Shown here: positions 41,767 to 50,209 of the stretch, piece by piece | Numbering within the stretch: position 1 is the first letter of the stretch | Layout: each line of letters starts with the position of its first letter | NCBI GenBank assembly: GCA_964500125.1 | Contig: CAZCMV010000002.1 | Coordinates: 4,173-68,172 of the forward strand | Direction: 5' to 3' | Source of the DNA: an uncultured Bdellovibrionales bacterium | GTDB lineage: Bacteria; Patescibacteriota; Minisyncoccia; Moranbacterales; GWC2-37-73 | Length of the DNA stretch: 64,000 nt | Notes under the pieces: model-generated | Database searches by the model: none | Told to the model about the DNA's origin: nothing | The model's input: only the letters and a program-made list of their open reading frames with translations | Made by a program: the position numbers and the translations under genes

Positions 41767-42637
41767 TTATCTAATCAACGCTAAAATGCCAAAAGTTTCC
41801 ATAGTCATAACAAATTTTAACGGAATTAGAACGCTAGAAAAGTGTCTTTCTTGTGTTTTTAATTCAAATTATCCAAATTTTGACATAATAGTAGTCGATA
41901 ATCATTCAACCGACGGCTCCTTGGAGCTACTACGAAGAAAATATCCCTCTGTAAAATTAATCATGAATGCTGAAAATATCGGTTTTGGTGCAGCGACAAA
42001 TCTTGGCATGCGCCTAGCTTTTGAAAAATTTGCTGATTATGTTCTAGCGCTCAATAATGACGCCTATTTAGAAAAAAATACTCTTTCCAAATTAATCGAA
42101 AATGCAAAAAAAAATCCGCGTATCGGCATAATAAGTCCTTTGATTAAGCGCCCCGACGGCTCAATTTGGTTCGCAGGAGGAAAAATAGATTGGTGGAAAA
42201 TGAAAACCCTGCATAAATTTGCACCTTCCGATTCCAAACCATATCAATCTGCCTACATATGCGGTTGCGCAATGCTCATAAGTCAAAAACTTTGTGAAAA
42301 AATAGGTCTTTTCGACGAAAAGTTTTTTCTTTACTATGAAGATGCTGACTTTTCTTGGCGCGCAAAACAAGCAGGCTTTGAATTACTCGTTGACCCTTCG
42401 GTAAAAATAATTCATGATGAACAAAGCAGCCGTAACATTTCTTTTAAGACTTATTGGCTGGTGCTTTCAGGGATTTTGTTTTTTCACAAGAACACACCTT
42501 TTTTCATAAAACCCTGGATGCACTTTTATTTGTGGTTAAGAAAAATAAAAAATAAGCACAATCAAAAAAGTAGCCCTTCAAAAGTTGTTTCGACTGTGGC
42601 CAGAGCGTATGCTGATGCGGAAAGATTAACCAAATAG
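41759..42637 (+). CDS. GT2-family glycosyltransferase
   Basis: VVDNHSTDGS, NIGF, LNND, GCAMLI, FDEKFFLYYEDADF. Confidence 0.93.
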   Translation: MNNYLINAKMPKVSIVITNFNGIRTLEKCLSCVFNSNYPNFDIIVVDNHSTDGSLELLRRKYPSVKLIMNAENIGFGAATNLGMRLAFEKFADYVLALNNDAYLEKNTLSKLIENAKKNPRIGIISPLIKRPDGSIWFAGGKIDWWKMKTLHKFAPSDSKPYQSAYICGCAMLISQKLCEKIGLFDEKFFLYYEDADFSWRAKQAGFELLVDPSVKIIHDEQSSRNISFKTYWLVLSGILFFHKNTPFFIKPWMHFYLWLRKIKNKHNQKSSPSKVVSTVARAYADAERLTK

Positions 42638-42703
42638 AAATATACGAATCTTGCTTTGCTTACAAATTTGTATATTCGTAATAGAATTGTAATTCTTTGG
42701 ACA

Positions 42704-43477
42704 ATGGATATTTCTATAATCATCGTAAATTATCGCAGTCGTAAATATCTAGACAGATGTATTTCATCTGTAGAATCTTTCCTGACTAATCTTTCTTATG
42801 AAATAATCATAGTAAACAATGATCAAAAAATTTTAAATCTTTCCCTTCACAAAGTTTCAGTTATTGAAAATAATAATAATTGCGGTTTCGGCAAAGCGAA
42901 TAATATTGGCGCAGCCAAAGCCAATGGGAAATTGCTATGGTTTCTTAATCCTGATACTGAATTACTATCTTTTAATTTCCAGTTAATAAAAAAACTTTTT
43001 GAGGATAAAAGTATAGCGATTATTGGCACAAGACTGTTAACTGAAAAAAAGGAAGTGCAACCTTGGAGTGCTGGAATTGAAATTACTCCTTGGAATATCA
43101 TTAAATCAAATATTGGCTTAGATAAAAGTAATTTAATGTGGAAAAGCAACGCCACAAGATCGGTTGATTGGGTAAGTGGATGTTCATTTTTGATATCAAA
43201 AAAACTTTTTGGAAAAATAAAGGGCTTCGATGAAGCTTTTTTTATGTATTACGAAGATATTGATTTATGTCGACGGATAAAAATGCTTGACAAACAAATC
43301 TTGCTTGAACCAAAAATAAAAATTCTTCATTGGTGTGGCAAGAGCGCTGAAAATAAAAAACTGCAAAAGAAGCAATATTATCAATCTCAGGACAAATATA
43401 TTCAAAAACACTTTGGAAATTTTTCTCAAACTTGCATCCGGGCGCTACGTTTGCTATGCTCATGGAAAAGGCTCTAG
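42704..43477 (+). CDS. GT2-family glycosyltransferase (WbbL-like)
   Basis: MDISIIIVNY, GFGKANNIG, FLNPD, WVSGCS, GFDEAFFMYYEDIDLC. Confidence 0.93.
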   Translation: MDISIIIVNYRSRKYLDRCISSVESFLTNLSYEIIIVNNDQKILNLSLHKVSVIENNNNCGFGKANNIGAAKANGKLLWFLNPDTELLSFNFQLIKKLFEDKSIAIIGTRLLTEKKEVQPWSAGIEITPWNIIKSNIGLDKSNLMWKSNATRSVDWVSGCSFLISKKLFGKIKGFDEAFFMYYEDIDLCRRIKMLDKQILLEPKIKILHWCGKSAENKKLQKKQYYQSQDKYIQKHFGNFSQTCIRALRLLCSWKRL

Positions 43478-44769
43478 AAAGCCAATTTCTATTCATGCAA
43501 ATTATGTCTCAAATCTTGCTCGGCATATTTTTATTATATCTTCCTTGGCAAATTGCCATAAATCCAATCGAAGGGGTTGATCTGGCTTCAGCGCGCATTT
43601 TTTCCTTGTTTATTTTCATTATATGGCTTATTGAAAGCCTTTTTTCGCGTAATTTCAAAATTAATCTGCGTTTGCAATCTCTTTGTTTGCTTGTTTTTTT
43701 ATTTTTTGGCTTATTTTCCCTACTTTTTGCCCAATATCCAACTTGGGGACTCAGAAAACTGTTATTTTTGCTTTCCTTTGTCCCAATTTATTTTGTAGTA
43801 GCAGATTTGGCAACAAATCCTAGAAGCAAATTTTCCCTTATTAAAGCCTTAGTTTTAGGAGCTTCCTCAATTTCATTTCTTGGACTTATTCAGTTTACCG
43901 CTCAATATTTCGTTGACAAAAGTCTCTTGGCTCAATTTTGGGGTCATTATATTTCACCTTTATTTTTAGGCAAATCTTTTGCAGCTGCCGTCCAAGATTA
44001 TCCCAGCTGGTTTGTTAATATCGCTGGCAGAGATTACTTTCGCGCAATTTCCGTTTTTCCCGATCCACACATGTTGGCTTTCTTTACCGGAATGACTTTG
44101 CCCTTTGCCATATCTATATATTTAAAAAGCAAGCGCTTTCGTTATTTTTGGCTCTGCTTCGCCTTTATACTTTTGGCGACAAATCTGCTAACTTTCTCTC
44201 GAGGGGGATATTTGGGATTACTTTTAGCCTTTTTCTTTTTTATACTTTGGCTGTTTCTAAATCATCGCCCAAATCTCTCCAGGGGAACGATAATAGGCAC
44301 AGGAATCATTTTTGTGGTCATTTTAGTATCTGTCTGCGGGCCAATTGGAAATCGTCTGATAAGCTCATTTTCGTCCTCTGAGGGCTCCAATGCTGGAAGA
44401 ATTCAAACTTGGCAAGCCGCTTTTTCTGTTATCGCTTCTCATCCTATGGGCGTAGGCATCGGAAATTATGCATTAGAAATAAAACCAAGCGCAGATTATC
44501 GCGAACCCATCTATGCACACAGCCTTTATTTGGACATTGCCGCCGAAACAGGCCTTATTTCACTTCTTTTCTTTATTACATTTTTATTTGCTACAATAAA
44601 GTCATTCCTTGCGACATCAAGAACAGATCTTTTCGCAGTTGCTGGATTTTTAAGTATCATTGTTTTTGCTGCGCATTCCTTGGTAGAAAACCCAATATTT
44701 TCAGTTCATGTATTGCCTGTTTTTCTTATTATAAGCGCTTTTAGCACACCGTATGAAAAAAAAATATGA
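43462..44769 (+). CDS. O-antigen ligase / O-oligosaccharyltransferase family protein
   Basis: Polytopic; RAISVFPDPH, TFSRGGYLG, SNAGRIQTW, GVGIGNY, AHSLYLD; start codon uncertain. Confidence 0.88.
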   Translation: MEKALESQFLFMQIMSQILLGIFLLYLPWQIAINPIEGVDLASARIFSLFIFIIWLIESLFSRNFKINLRLQSLCLLVFLFFGLFSLLFAQYPTWGLRKLLFLLSFVPIYFVVADLATNPRSKFSLIKALVLGASSISFLGLIQFTAQYFVDKSLLAQFWGHYISPLFLGKSFAAAVQDYPSWFVNIAGRDYFRAISVFPDPHMLAFFTGMTLPFAISIYLKSKRFRYFWLCFAFILLATNLLTFSRGGYLGLLLAFFFFILWLFLNHRPNLSRGTIIGTGIIFVVILVSVCGPIGNRLISSFSSSEGSNAGRIQTWQAAFSVIASHPMGVGIGNYALEIKPSADYREPIYAHSLYLDIAAETGLISLLFFITFLFATIKSFLATSRTDLFAVAGFLSIIVFAAHSLVENPIFSVHVLPVFLIISAFSTPYEKKI

Positions 44770-45952
44770 TCCTATAATTATTTCTATCTGTCTCACTATT
44801 GTCAGCTTGCCTCTATATCTTGTTAAGTTTTCTTTTTTTAGTCTACCTCTAAATCTTCTTTTGCTAATTTCCTTGTTTTCCTTGCTAGTAATAATTTCAC
44901 ACACTTCTCTCAAAAATGCTTTTTTATTTTTAAAAAACAACCGACTTATTATTTTTTTCACTTTGCTAATAATTTTCGGCTGCCTTTTGTCAATTTGGCA
45001 CAACGGCTTTTCACCAAGATCATTTTCTATTTTTATTCAATGGATTTTATTACCTGCCATCTTTGGTTTTTTTGCGGCCATAAATTTGCAAAATAAAGAA
45101 TCTCAACTGGACACTATTTTACTTTCTTTGTTCGTTTCAACTACTTTTGTTTCAGCAATAGCTTTATCCTACGCCATCCTAGGAATTTTTACTTACGATA
45201 GCCGCCTAAAAGCCTTCTATGAATCACCCAATCACTTGGCGATGTACATCATGCCAGGAGTTTTTCTCGGCACTTATTTTTTCATCAAAGCAAAGAAAGA
45301 AGATTTACTTGATAAGTCCTTGCTATATTCAATTTTAACTGTTTTTATAATTATTACTTTAACATTAACAAAATCAGCAGGTGCGATGATTGCAGTCCTT
45401 TTTTCTTTACCTTTGGCCTTCTTTTTTATCCGGAGTGGTCTTTTTCGCTACACTGCCAGATTAATACTTCTGTTTGGTTTTACTTTTTTGCTGTCACTTA
45501 GTTTGTTTAGTGCTACCCAAATCACTTATTTGTCGCATGTACCGGAAAGATCATCCTTGGCTTCCCGCTTCATGATTTGGCAATCAGCAACAAAAATATT
45601 GCTTGATAATCCGCTTTATGGCATAGGTCCAGGAAACTTTCAAGCAAAATATCTGGCCTATCAAAAATATTTCCCACCTTATTTGGAATGGGCCGTGCCA
45701 GAGCCGCATAATTTATATTTGGCATTTTGGCTACAGACTGGTTTGCTTGGATTTATTGGTTTTATTCTTTTAGTCTTACTTGTCTTGAAATCACTTGCAT
45801 TTAAAACCAAACAAAAAAATGCCTTGCTTGCTTGGACGCTTTTGGGCATTTTTGTTGCTCTTCTTATGCACGGATTGATTGATACGCCTTATTGGAAAAA
45901 TGATCTGGCTTTTGTTTTTTGGATATTATGCGAAATTGCTTTCCTAATCTAA
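44753..45952 (+). CDS. O-antigen ligase / O-oligosaccharyltransferase family protein
   Basis: RLKAFYESPNHLA, SLASRFMIW, GIGPGNF, PHNLYLAFW, HGLIDTPYWKND. Confidence 0.88.
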   Translation: MKKKYDPIIISICLTIVSLPLYLVKFSFFSLPLNLLLLISLFSLLVIISHTSLKNAFLFLKNNRLIIFFTLLIIFGCLLSIWHNGFSPRSFSIFIQWILLPAIFGFFAAINLQNKESQLDTILLSLFVSTTFVSAIALSYAILGIFTYDSRLKAFYESPNHLAMYIMPGVFLGTYFFIKAKKEDLLDKSLLYSILTVFIIITLTLTKSAGAMIAVLFSLPLAFFFIRSGLFRYTARLILLFGFTFLLSLSLFSATQITYLSHVPERSSLASRFMIWQSATKILLDNPLYGIGPGNFQAKYLAYQKYFPPYLEWAVPEPHNLYLAFWLQTGLLGFIGFILLVLLVLKSLAFKTKQKNALLAWTLLGIFVALLMHGLIDTPYWKNDLAFVFWILCEIAFLI

Positions 45953-46692
45953 CTTCCTGTATCATATACTTGCTGCTTTATTTCATTTAAACATTTCACT
46001 GAATTGGTTATTATTATAAAATCATCCACTATTTCATAAGAAATACTGCTAACTTGATCATCAGGCATCCTTACCTTGGCATATCTTTGATATTTACCAT
46101 CAAACATCAGTTCTTGCTGTAAATGCTCCGGAGAAAAACTAATTTCCGGAAAAATAACTGATTTAACATCTTGCAACATGGTTTTCTCCCAATTCTTCAT
46201 GAAGCTAACTTCATCCATATAAAGATCTCCTTCATAACCTTCCATCAACTTAATCTTTAACAGGATTCCCATGCCTTTAAAAGTTTCCTGGGAACTGAAG
46301 GAGCACACGAAATTGCTATAATCATTCGTTTCAAGCAAACTGTATAAATTGTCTTCTATATTTAAATTAATCGCCTTGGCAAATTCATCGAGTTTTGCAG
46401 AAGTTCCGGCAGAATCTAACCACACTGTCTCTTTGCTGATTGGCGAAGAAACAAATTTAGAAAATGAATCCCTGATTTCATTTTCTTTGCTCCCCTTTTC
46501 AGATTTTTCAATATCTGAAATTTCGTTATTCACGGGTCTTTCCACTATTGGCATTTCAGATAATTGCTGTTGATCATTTTTTGGTTCAACAAAAACATTA
46601 TTTTTTTTATCAAAATAAACTGCAATGGCAATTACCACTATTGATATAATACTTAACACTGAAATTGCAATTAAAACTATTTTTTTATTCAT
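45949..46692 (-). CDS. Single-TM extracellular hypothetical protein
   Basis: N-terminal TM helix; C-terminal domain resembles that of 56001-57176. Confidence 0.75.
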   Translation of the reverse strand: MNKKIVLIAISVLSIISIVVIAIAVYFDKKNNVFVEPKNDQQQLSEMPIVERPVNNEISDIEKSEKGSKENEIRDSFSKFVSSPISKETVWLDSAGTSAKLDEFAKAINLNIEDNLYSLLETNDYSNFVCSFSSQETFKGMGILLKIKLMEGYEGDLYMDEVSFMKNWEKTMLQDVKSVIFPEISFSPEHLQQELMFDGKYQRYAKVRMPDDQVSSISYEIVDDFIIITNSVKCLNEIKQQVYDTGS

Positions 46693-46701
46693 ATTGTTTT
46701 T

Positions 46702-47586
46702 TTATTTACAATAATCAGACGCTCTTATAACACCTTTGCAGTTGGCCATATCTTTGGAAGTAACATTACCATTAACTAAACCAGTTTTTGTTCCTGCAGC
46801 ATGAATCTTAACCGTACATCCCTCATTTTTACAAATAAACACATGTCCTCCGGAAAAAGACGATGGGCTTCTTATGACAACCGCATCTCCTGTATGTAAA
46901 GAGCTTTGGGGAACACATCCTTTGGTACGACTAGCCATTTGCCCCGTAGAACCACCGGGGGATTTGCATCCGGCGTTTTTATAGGCATTTTCAACAAAAT
47001 TTGAACAATCAGTATAGGGAGGATTTCCCTTACAGCCATTTCTCGAACAACCATACTTGGGATTACAATAACGACAACCGCTATTTTTTAATTTTTCCGC
47101 AGCATCTAATACCTGACCTTTTGCAACGCTATTATCATTACCATCCGAAAATTTCACAGGTCCTTCTGCAGCATTTGGCATTGATGCCGTATTTACTTCT
47201 ACTGAAATCAAATTAAGATTCAATTTTACCAAATCCGGATTGATAACATAAAGCAAAATATATGCTGTAAGCACTGCAACCAATCCAATAATAGCATCGG
47301 TTATGATATTTTTAGCAGTGGTTATGGAAGCATTGTTTCCTGCACTAGTTACATAAAGAAAACCTCCCACAGTAAGCATGAAAAAAGCTGCAATACCTAC
47401 GGTCCAAATAAAGAATTTGTAAATAGCAGAAAGAAGGTCAGGAAAAGAAGGTGATGAACCAGCATTAAAGAATCCCGGAAATTGTTCGAGAAGTTTGTAT
47501 TCAAATGCTGCTTGAGCATGCTGAGACAAGAGAAAGCAAAAAGATATACTCAGGCAGAAGCAAAGAAAAAATTTCTTGCTTTTCAT
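46702..47586 (-). CDS. VirB2/TrbC-like pilin fused to NlpC/P60 (C40) peptidase
   Basis: Signal AQA-A; pilin two-helix motif GGFLYVTSAGN...AKNIITDAIIGL...INPDL; C-terminal DCSNFVENAY, GDAVV, GHVFI, IHAAG (Cys-His-His). Confidence 0.85.
   Translation of the reverse strand: MKSKKFFLCFCLSISFCFLLSQHAQAAFEYKLLEQFPGFFNAGSSPSFPDLLSAIYKFFIWTVGIAAFFMLTVGGFLYVTSAGNNASITTAKNIITDAIIGLVAVLTAYILLYVINPDLVKLNLNLISVEVNTASMPNAAEGPVKFSDGNDNSVAKGQVLDAAEKLKNSGCRYCNPKYGCSRNGCKGNPPYTDCSNFVENAYKNAGCKSPGGSTGQMASRTKGCVPQSSLHTGDAVVIRSPSSFSGGHVFICKNEGCTVKIHAAGTKTGLVNGNVTSKDMANCKGVIRASDYCK
47204..47571 (-). repeat. 368-bp direct repeat, copy 1 (signal peptide + pilin coding)
   Basis: By manual comparison identical to 49753-50120 except one synonymous change (47554 vs 50103). 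Confidence 0.92.
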
Positions 47587-47597
47587 ATGTTTATTTT

Positions 47598-48746
47598 CTA
47601 TAGTTTTATTTTATAAATCTTGGAATCTATTTTGTTTATAAAAAACAATGCATCTTCGTTATTGGAAAGAAAAATCTTGGAAGCATCATATTTCTCAGAC
47701 AATTCATTGAGTTCAACAATTCTTTCCTTTTTTCCTGTTTCAATGTTTATCTTCCAAAAAGTATCAACTGTATTAAATTTTTCTGCAAGATAATCGTTAG
47801 GAATCACAACATTCTCAGGAATCCCACCCGGCAAAGCATAATATACGGTTTTATTGTCCGACGACCAAACACACTTAGATGCAAATGTAGGAATTCCCAA
47901 GTTTTTATATTCGCCATTCTTGTCAATTATGCCCAGAACAATTTTCTTGCTGTTTTCTTCTTCAAGACTGCTGATAATAGCGTGTTGTCCATTTGGCGAC
48001 CATAAATAATCGGCTCCAAATTTTCCTCCGAATATTTTTTTCAAATCGGTTCCGCCTATGCCTACCACAAAAAGTTGCGTTTCTTCAGATGCCCAGGGGG
48101 AATTCCAAAAAGAAATATTTGAAGATTGCGGCACAGCCGAAACACTCACATGCTTAAATGGAATATCAACAATTTTTTTCCAATTGCTGCCGTCCGGATC
48201 GGCCACATTCAGCGTTCTTTCTTTTTTTTGCGAATCGAAATATTTATATATTATTTTCGCTCCGATTCCATCCCATTTCACTGTATCAAGGTTTTCTTTT
48301 AACTTAGTACCCTTACCGTTAGCATAGTTATACGTATAAAATTCCGTCTTGCCTTTTTTATCAAACGTAGATATCACTTGAACGCCATCAGGTGACCAAG
48401 TAACACTTTGAAGTCCAACTAACTCTTCGTCTGCAACGCTTTTTTTTCCGGAAGCATCCGTATTAACGTCCCAAACCCTTCCATCAACAGCATAGTACCT
48501 AATCATTTCAGAATCTTTAACATAAGCAGCACTAACAACGCCCTCATCGGAAACAGCTGCAACAATTCCTTTTTTGTCAGTTCCGATATCTGAAAACATA
48601 TCGCCTTCTTTTTTTATAGAAACGTTTGTGTCTTCAATATTAGCATTTTTAGCATTTTTATTACTAAAAGCAAAATTATACACACCCCAAAAAAACAGGG
48701 TGATTCCTAATACGATCAGAGTTATAATAAATATTTTTTTGATCAT
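47598..48746 (-). CDS. Membrane-anchored TolB-like beta-propeller protein
   Basis: N-terminal TM helix; repeated WSPDG / WSPNG / WSSDN blades. Confidence 0.8.
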   Translation of the reverse strand: MIKKIFIITLIVLGITLFFWGVYNFAFSNKNAKNANIEDTNVSIKKEGDMFSDIGTDKKGIVAAVSDEGVVSAAYVKDSEMIRYYAVDGRVWDVNTDASGKKSVADEELVGLQSVTWSPDGVQVISTFDKKGKTEFYTYNYANGKGTKLKENLDTVKWDGIGAKIIYKYFDSQKKERTLNVADPDGSNWKKIVDIPFKHVSVSAVPQSSNISFWNSPWASEETQLFVVGIGGTDLKKIFGGKFGADYLWSPNGQHAIISSLEEENSKKIVLGIIDKNGEYKNLGIPTFASKCVWSSDNKTVYYALPGGIPENVVIPNDYLAEKFNTVDTFWKINIETGKKERIVELNELSEKYDASKIFLSNNEDALFFINKIDSKIYKIKL

Positions 48747-48773
48747 TTTTATAAAGAATTTATTCTGTCATTA

Positions 48774-49235
48774 TCAAAAAAAAGATTTTCCGTTCGGACA
48801 AAAACTAAGTCCATAATTTTCCCCCGCCAATTCATTGTTTACATTGTATGGAAAAGTCAAATATACATCCAACTTGCATGCTTCCTCTTCATTTATTTTG
48901 AGTGTTTGCAAAAAGTCTTTTTCCGCCTCATCACGAGCATCGTTTTCATTTTCTTTGGCTAATATAAGAATAACAAAATTATTATCTTCCTCAAAATAGG
49001 TAGTGTTAAAATTTTGTTTTTCTCTGAAAGTAATGGTTCCTGAAAATTTTTCTGCAGAATCAGAATATATTGCACTACTATCAAAATTATTCTGCACGTT
49101 TTCTGATATATTCGAAGGATTTGTGCTGTTTGTTTTTTCAAAACCTTTGTCTTGTTTCGGTAACATGAAAAAAACAACTCCTGCGCTAATCAATATCAGA
49201 ATAATTACAATTATTATTATTCTTTTTTTTCTCAT
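48774..49235 (-). CDS. Single-TM extracellular hypothetical protein
   Basis: TM helix, linker and ~85-aa domain with two cysteines (EACKL...LSFCP). Confidence 0.75.
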   Translation of the reverse strand: MRKKRIIIIVIILILISAGVVFFMLPKQDKGFEKTNSTNPSNISENVQNNFDSSAIYSDSAEKFSGTITFREKQNFNTTYFEEDNNFVILILAKENENDARDEAEKDFLQTLKINEEEACKLDVYLTFPYNVNNELAGENYGLSFCPNGKSFF

Positions 49236-49241
49236 ATTTTT

Positions 49242-50168
49242 TTAAAAATGGCATGACTTATTAGTGCTCCATTGATTCCAACCCAATCTTAGAATCTTAC
49301 AAGATATTTGTATATTGAAACTAGCATCTTTTAATTTTCTTTTGCATTCTTCATATTGTGCTTCTTTGCCGCTTTTCACTTCACAATCATATCCTTTGTT
49401 CCCTATCCTTTTTCCTTGCATGCCACCGCCGTATGTATTAAAAAGCTTGTCACATCCAGGAATCCTATATCCGTTTGCAATTAAATTAACTTGAAAAAGA
49501 CCCACGGAAAATGCTTGTTTTTTTCCATTATGTATACAAACATCGGATGTGCTTTCCAGGGCAGGCACTCCTTCACTTTCCAAGTGGCATATGGATGAGG
49601 CCTTTTTTGCTGCTGCTCCAAAACAAGTATTACTCAGTGTTTCTACGGAACAAGGTGTTTTTGTTTCAGGAGTGCATTTTTTGTCTGAACGACCTCCTCC
49701 AGTGACGCTTCTAGTTTCACTTTGTTCCGTCCTTAATTCATTTAAATTCAAAGAAATCAAATTAAGATTCAATTTTACCAAATCCGGATTGATAACATAA
49801 AGCAAAATATATGCTGTAAGCACTGCAACCAATCCAATAATAGCATCGGTTATGATATTTTTAGCAGTGGTTATGGAAGCATTGTTTCCTGCACTAGTTA
49901 CATAAAGAAAACCTCCCACAGTAAGCATGAAAAAAGCTGCAATACCTACGGTCCAAATAAAGAATTTGTAAATAGCAGAAAGAAGGTCAGGAAAAGAAGG
50001 TGATGAACCAGCATTAAAGAATCCCGGAAATTGTTCGAGAAGTTTGTATTCAAATGCTGCTTGAGCATGCTGAGACAAGAGAAAGCAAAAAGATATACTC
50101 AGACAGAAGCAAAGAAAAAAATATCTGACCAGTTTTCTTGGTTTTCTTTTTTTTGTTTTTATATTCAT
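49242..50168 (-). CDS. VirB2/TrbC-like pilin fused to lytic transglycosylase/lysozyme-like domain
   Basis: Same pilin N-terminus as 46702-47586; C-terminal ICHLESEG (catalytic ES), SVGLFQVN, FNIQIS, GWNQWS. Confidence 0.85.
   Translation of the reverse strand: MNIKTKKRKPRKLVRYFFLCFCLSISFCFLLSQHAQAAFEYKLLEQFPGFFNAGSSPSFPDLLSAIYKFFIWTVGIAAFFMLTVGGFLYVTSAGNNASITTAKNIITDAIIGLVAVLTAYILLYVINPDLVKLNLNLISLNLNELRTEQSETRSVTGGGRSDKKCTPETKTPCSVETLSNTCFGAAAKKASSICHLESEGVPALESTSDVCIHNGKKQAFSVGLFQVNLIANGYRIPGCDKLFNTYGGGMQGKRIGNKGYDCEVKSGKEAQYEECKRKLKDASFNIQISCKILRLGWNQWSTNKSCHF
49753..50120 (-). repeat. 368-bp direct repeat, copy 2
   Basis: See copy 1 at 47204-47571. Confidence 0.92.
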
Positions 50169-50209
50169 CTATTATTTACGTCTTCTTAAACTTGACTCCG
50201 TTTCTATTC

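Noticed and set aside
47204-50120. 368-bp repeat pair as a diversity-generating retroelement TR/VR
   Set aside because: No reverse transcriptase in the window, only one mismatch, and the repeat covers the N-terminal constant region of two intact genes rather than a C-terminal variable region.
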